From Carcharhinus longimanus (taxonomy: Eukaryota), in NCBI GenBank assembly GCA_030264375.1, contig JASCQW010000119.1, positions 7,926,026-7,990,025 of the forward strand: DNA of 64,000 nucleotides. The letters are read 5' to 3'. Below, in pieces: positions 63,547 to 64,000 of this stretch (positions within the stretch are counted from its first letter, which is position 1; the number at the start of each line of letters is the position of its first letter). The notes under the pieces were generated by a model. The model ran no database searches, was not told the origin of the DNA, and saw only the letters and a program-made list of their open reading frames with translations. A program made the translations under genes and the position numbers.

Positions 63547-64000
63547 TTTGACACTAAACATGCACCCGGTAATACTCGTTCTACTCAGCGCAAAAAACAA
63601 CGTCCAACTATACATTCTACGTTTGTCTTTCGTTGTTGTGTAAGCTTCCAAGAGTTCGCCCAACCGCCTACGACGTTCAAGTAAAGGCAAACCGCGTTTT
63701 CCAATCAATCGTAACAATCAATACATTCGAAACAAGTGAAAGCTTCTCTGTTCCAAAACGTCGTCACTCTTCTCATACTGTGGCAATTATAAATGCAAAA
63801 ACCTGGCCTAACGAAATGTCTTAAAACTGCAACATGACTTGTGACGTCATATCCTTTATGTCCCGTTCGAAGAAGGCACGAATATCATCCAACTTGTGAT
63901 CTACTTACCCACTTAATCGCCACTTTTCGGGAACAGGGGGCCTGTACACTTAAGTGTGTCTGGATGTTACAGTAGTCAGATTACTGCTGTTCACGGTATG

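Noticed and set aside
1-64000. Prokaryotic features (operons, CRISPR, rRNA) and true tRNA genes
   Set aside because: None seen; tRNA-like A/B boxes occur only as SINE heads.

Overview
Eukaryotic, repeat-rich, gapped vertebrate DNA. The CR1 LINEs with (TTCTTATG/TCTATGAT)-type tails and the HE1-like tRNA SINEs suggest a cartilaginous fish (inference). The ORF track holds no real single-exon gene: its hits are CR1 fragments, N-gap artefacts or noise. Reading splice signals by eye reveals a hidden + strand gene of at least 20 symmetric phase-1 microexons (27, 30 or 36 nt, each AG...GT flanked) spread from 8300 to 62477. Spliced, they give a stop-free 193-codon frame: three S/T/P-rich 10-aa units, then a long coiled-coil-like region with periodic Cys(-Pro). 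The gene grew by internal duplication: a ~1.43-kb one-exon tandem triplication (8.3-11.5 kb) and an older ~12-kb five-exon cassette duplication (about 19.9-32.2 kb vs 36.7-47.7 kb). Upstream are a possibly degenerate Ig-V-like exon, a 15-nt exon and a degenerate hydrophobic exon. This recalls BG/butyrophilin architecture, but the identity is unproven. Exon coordinates were read manually; repeat boundaries are approximate.
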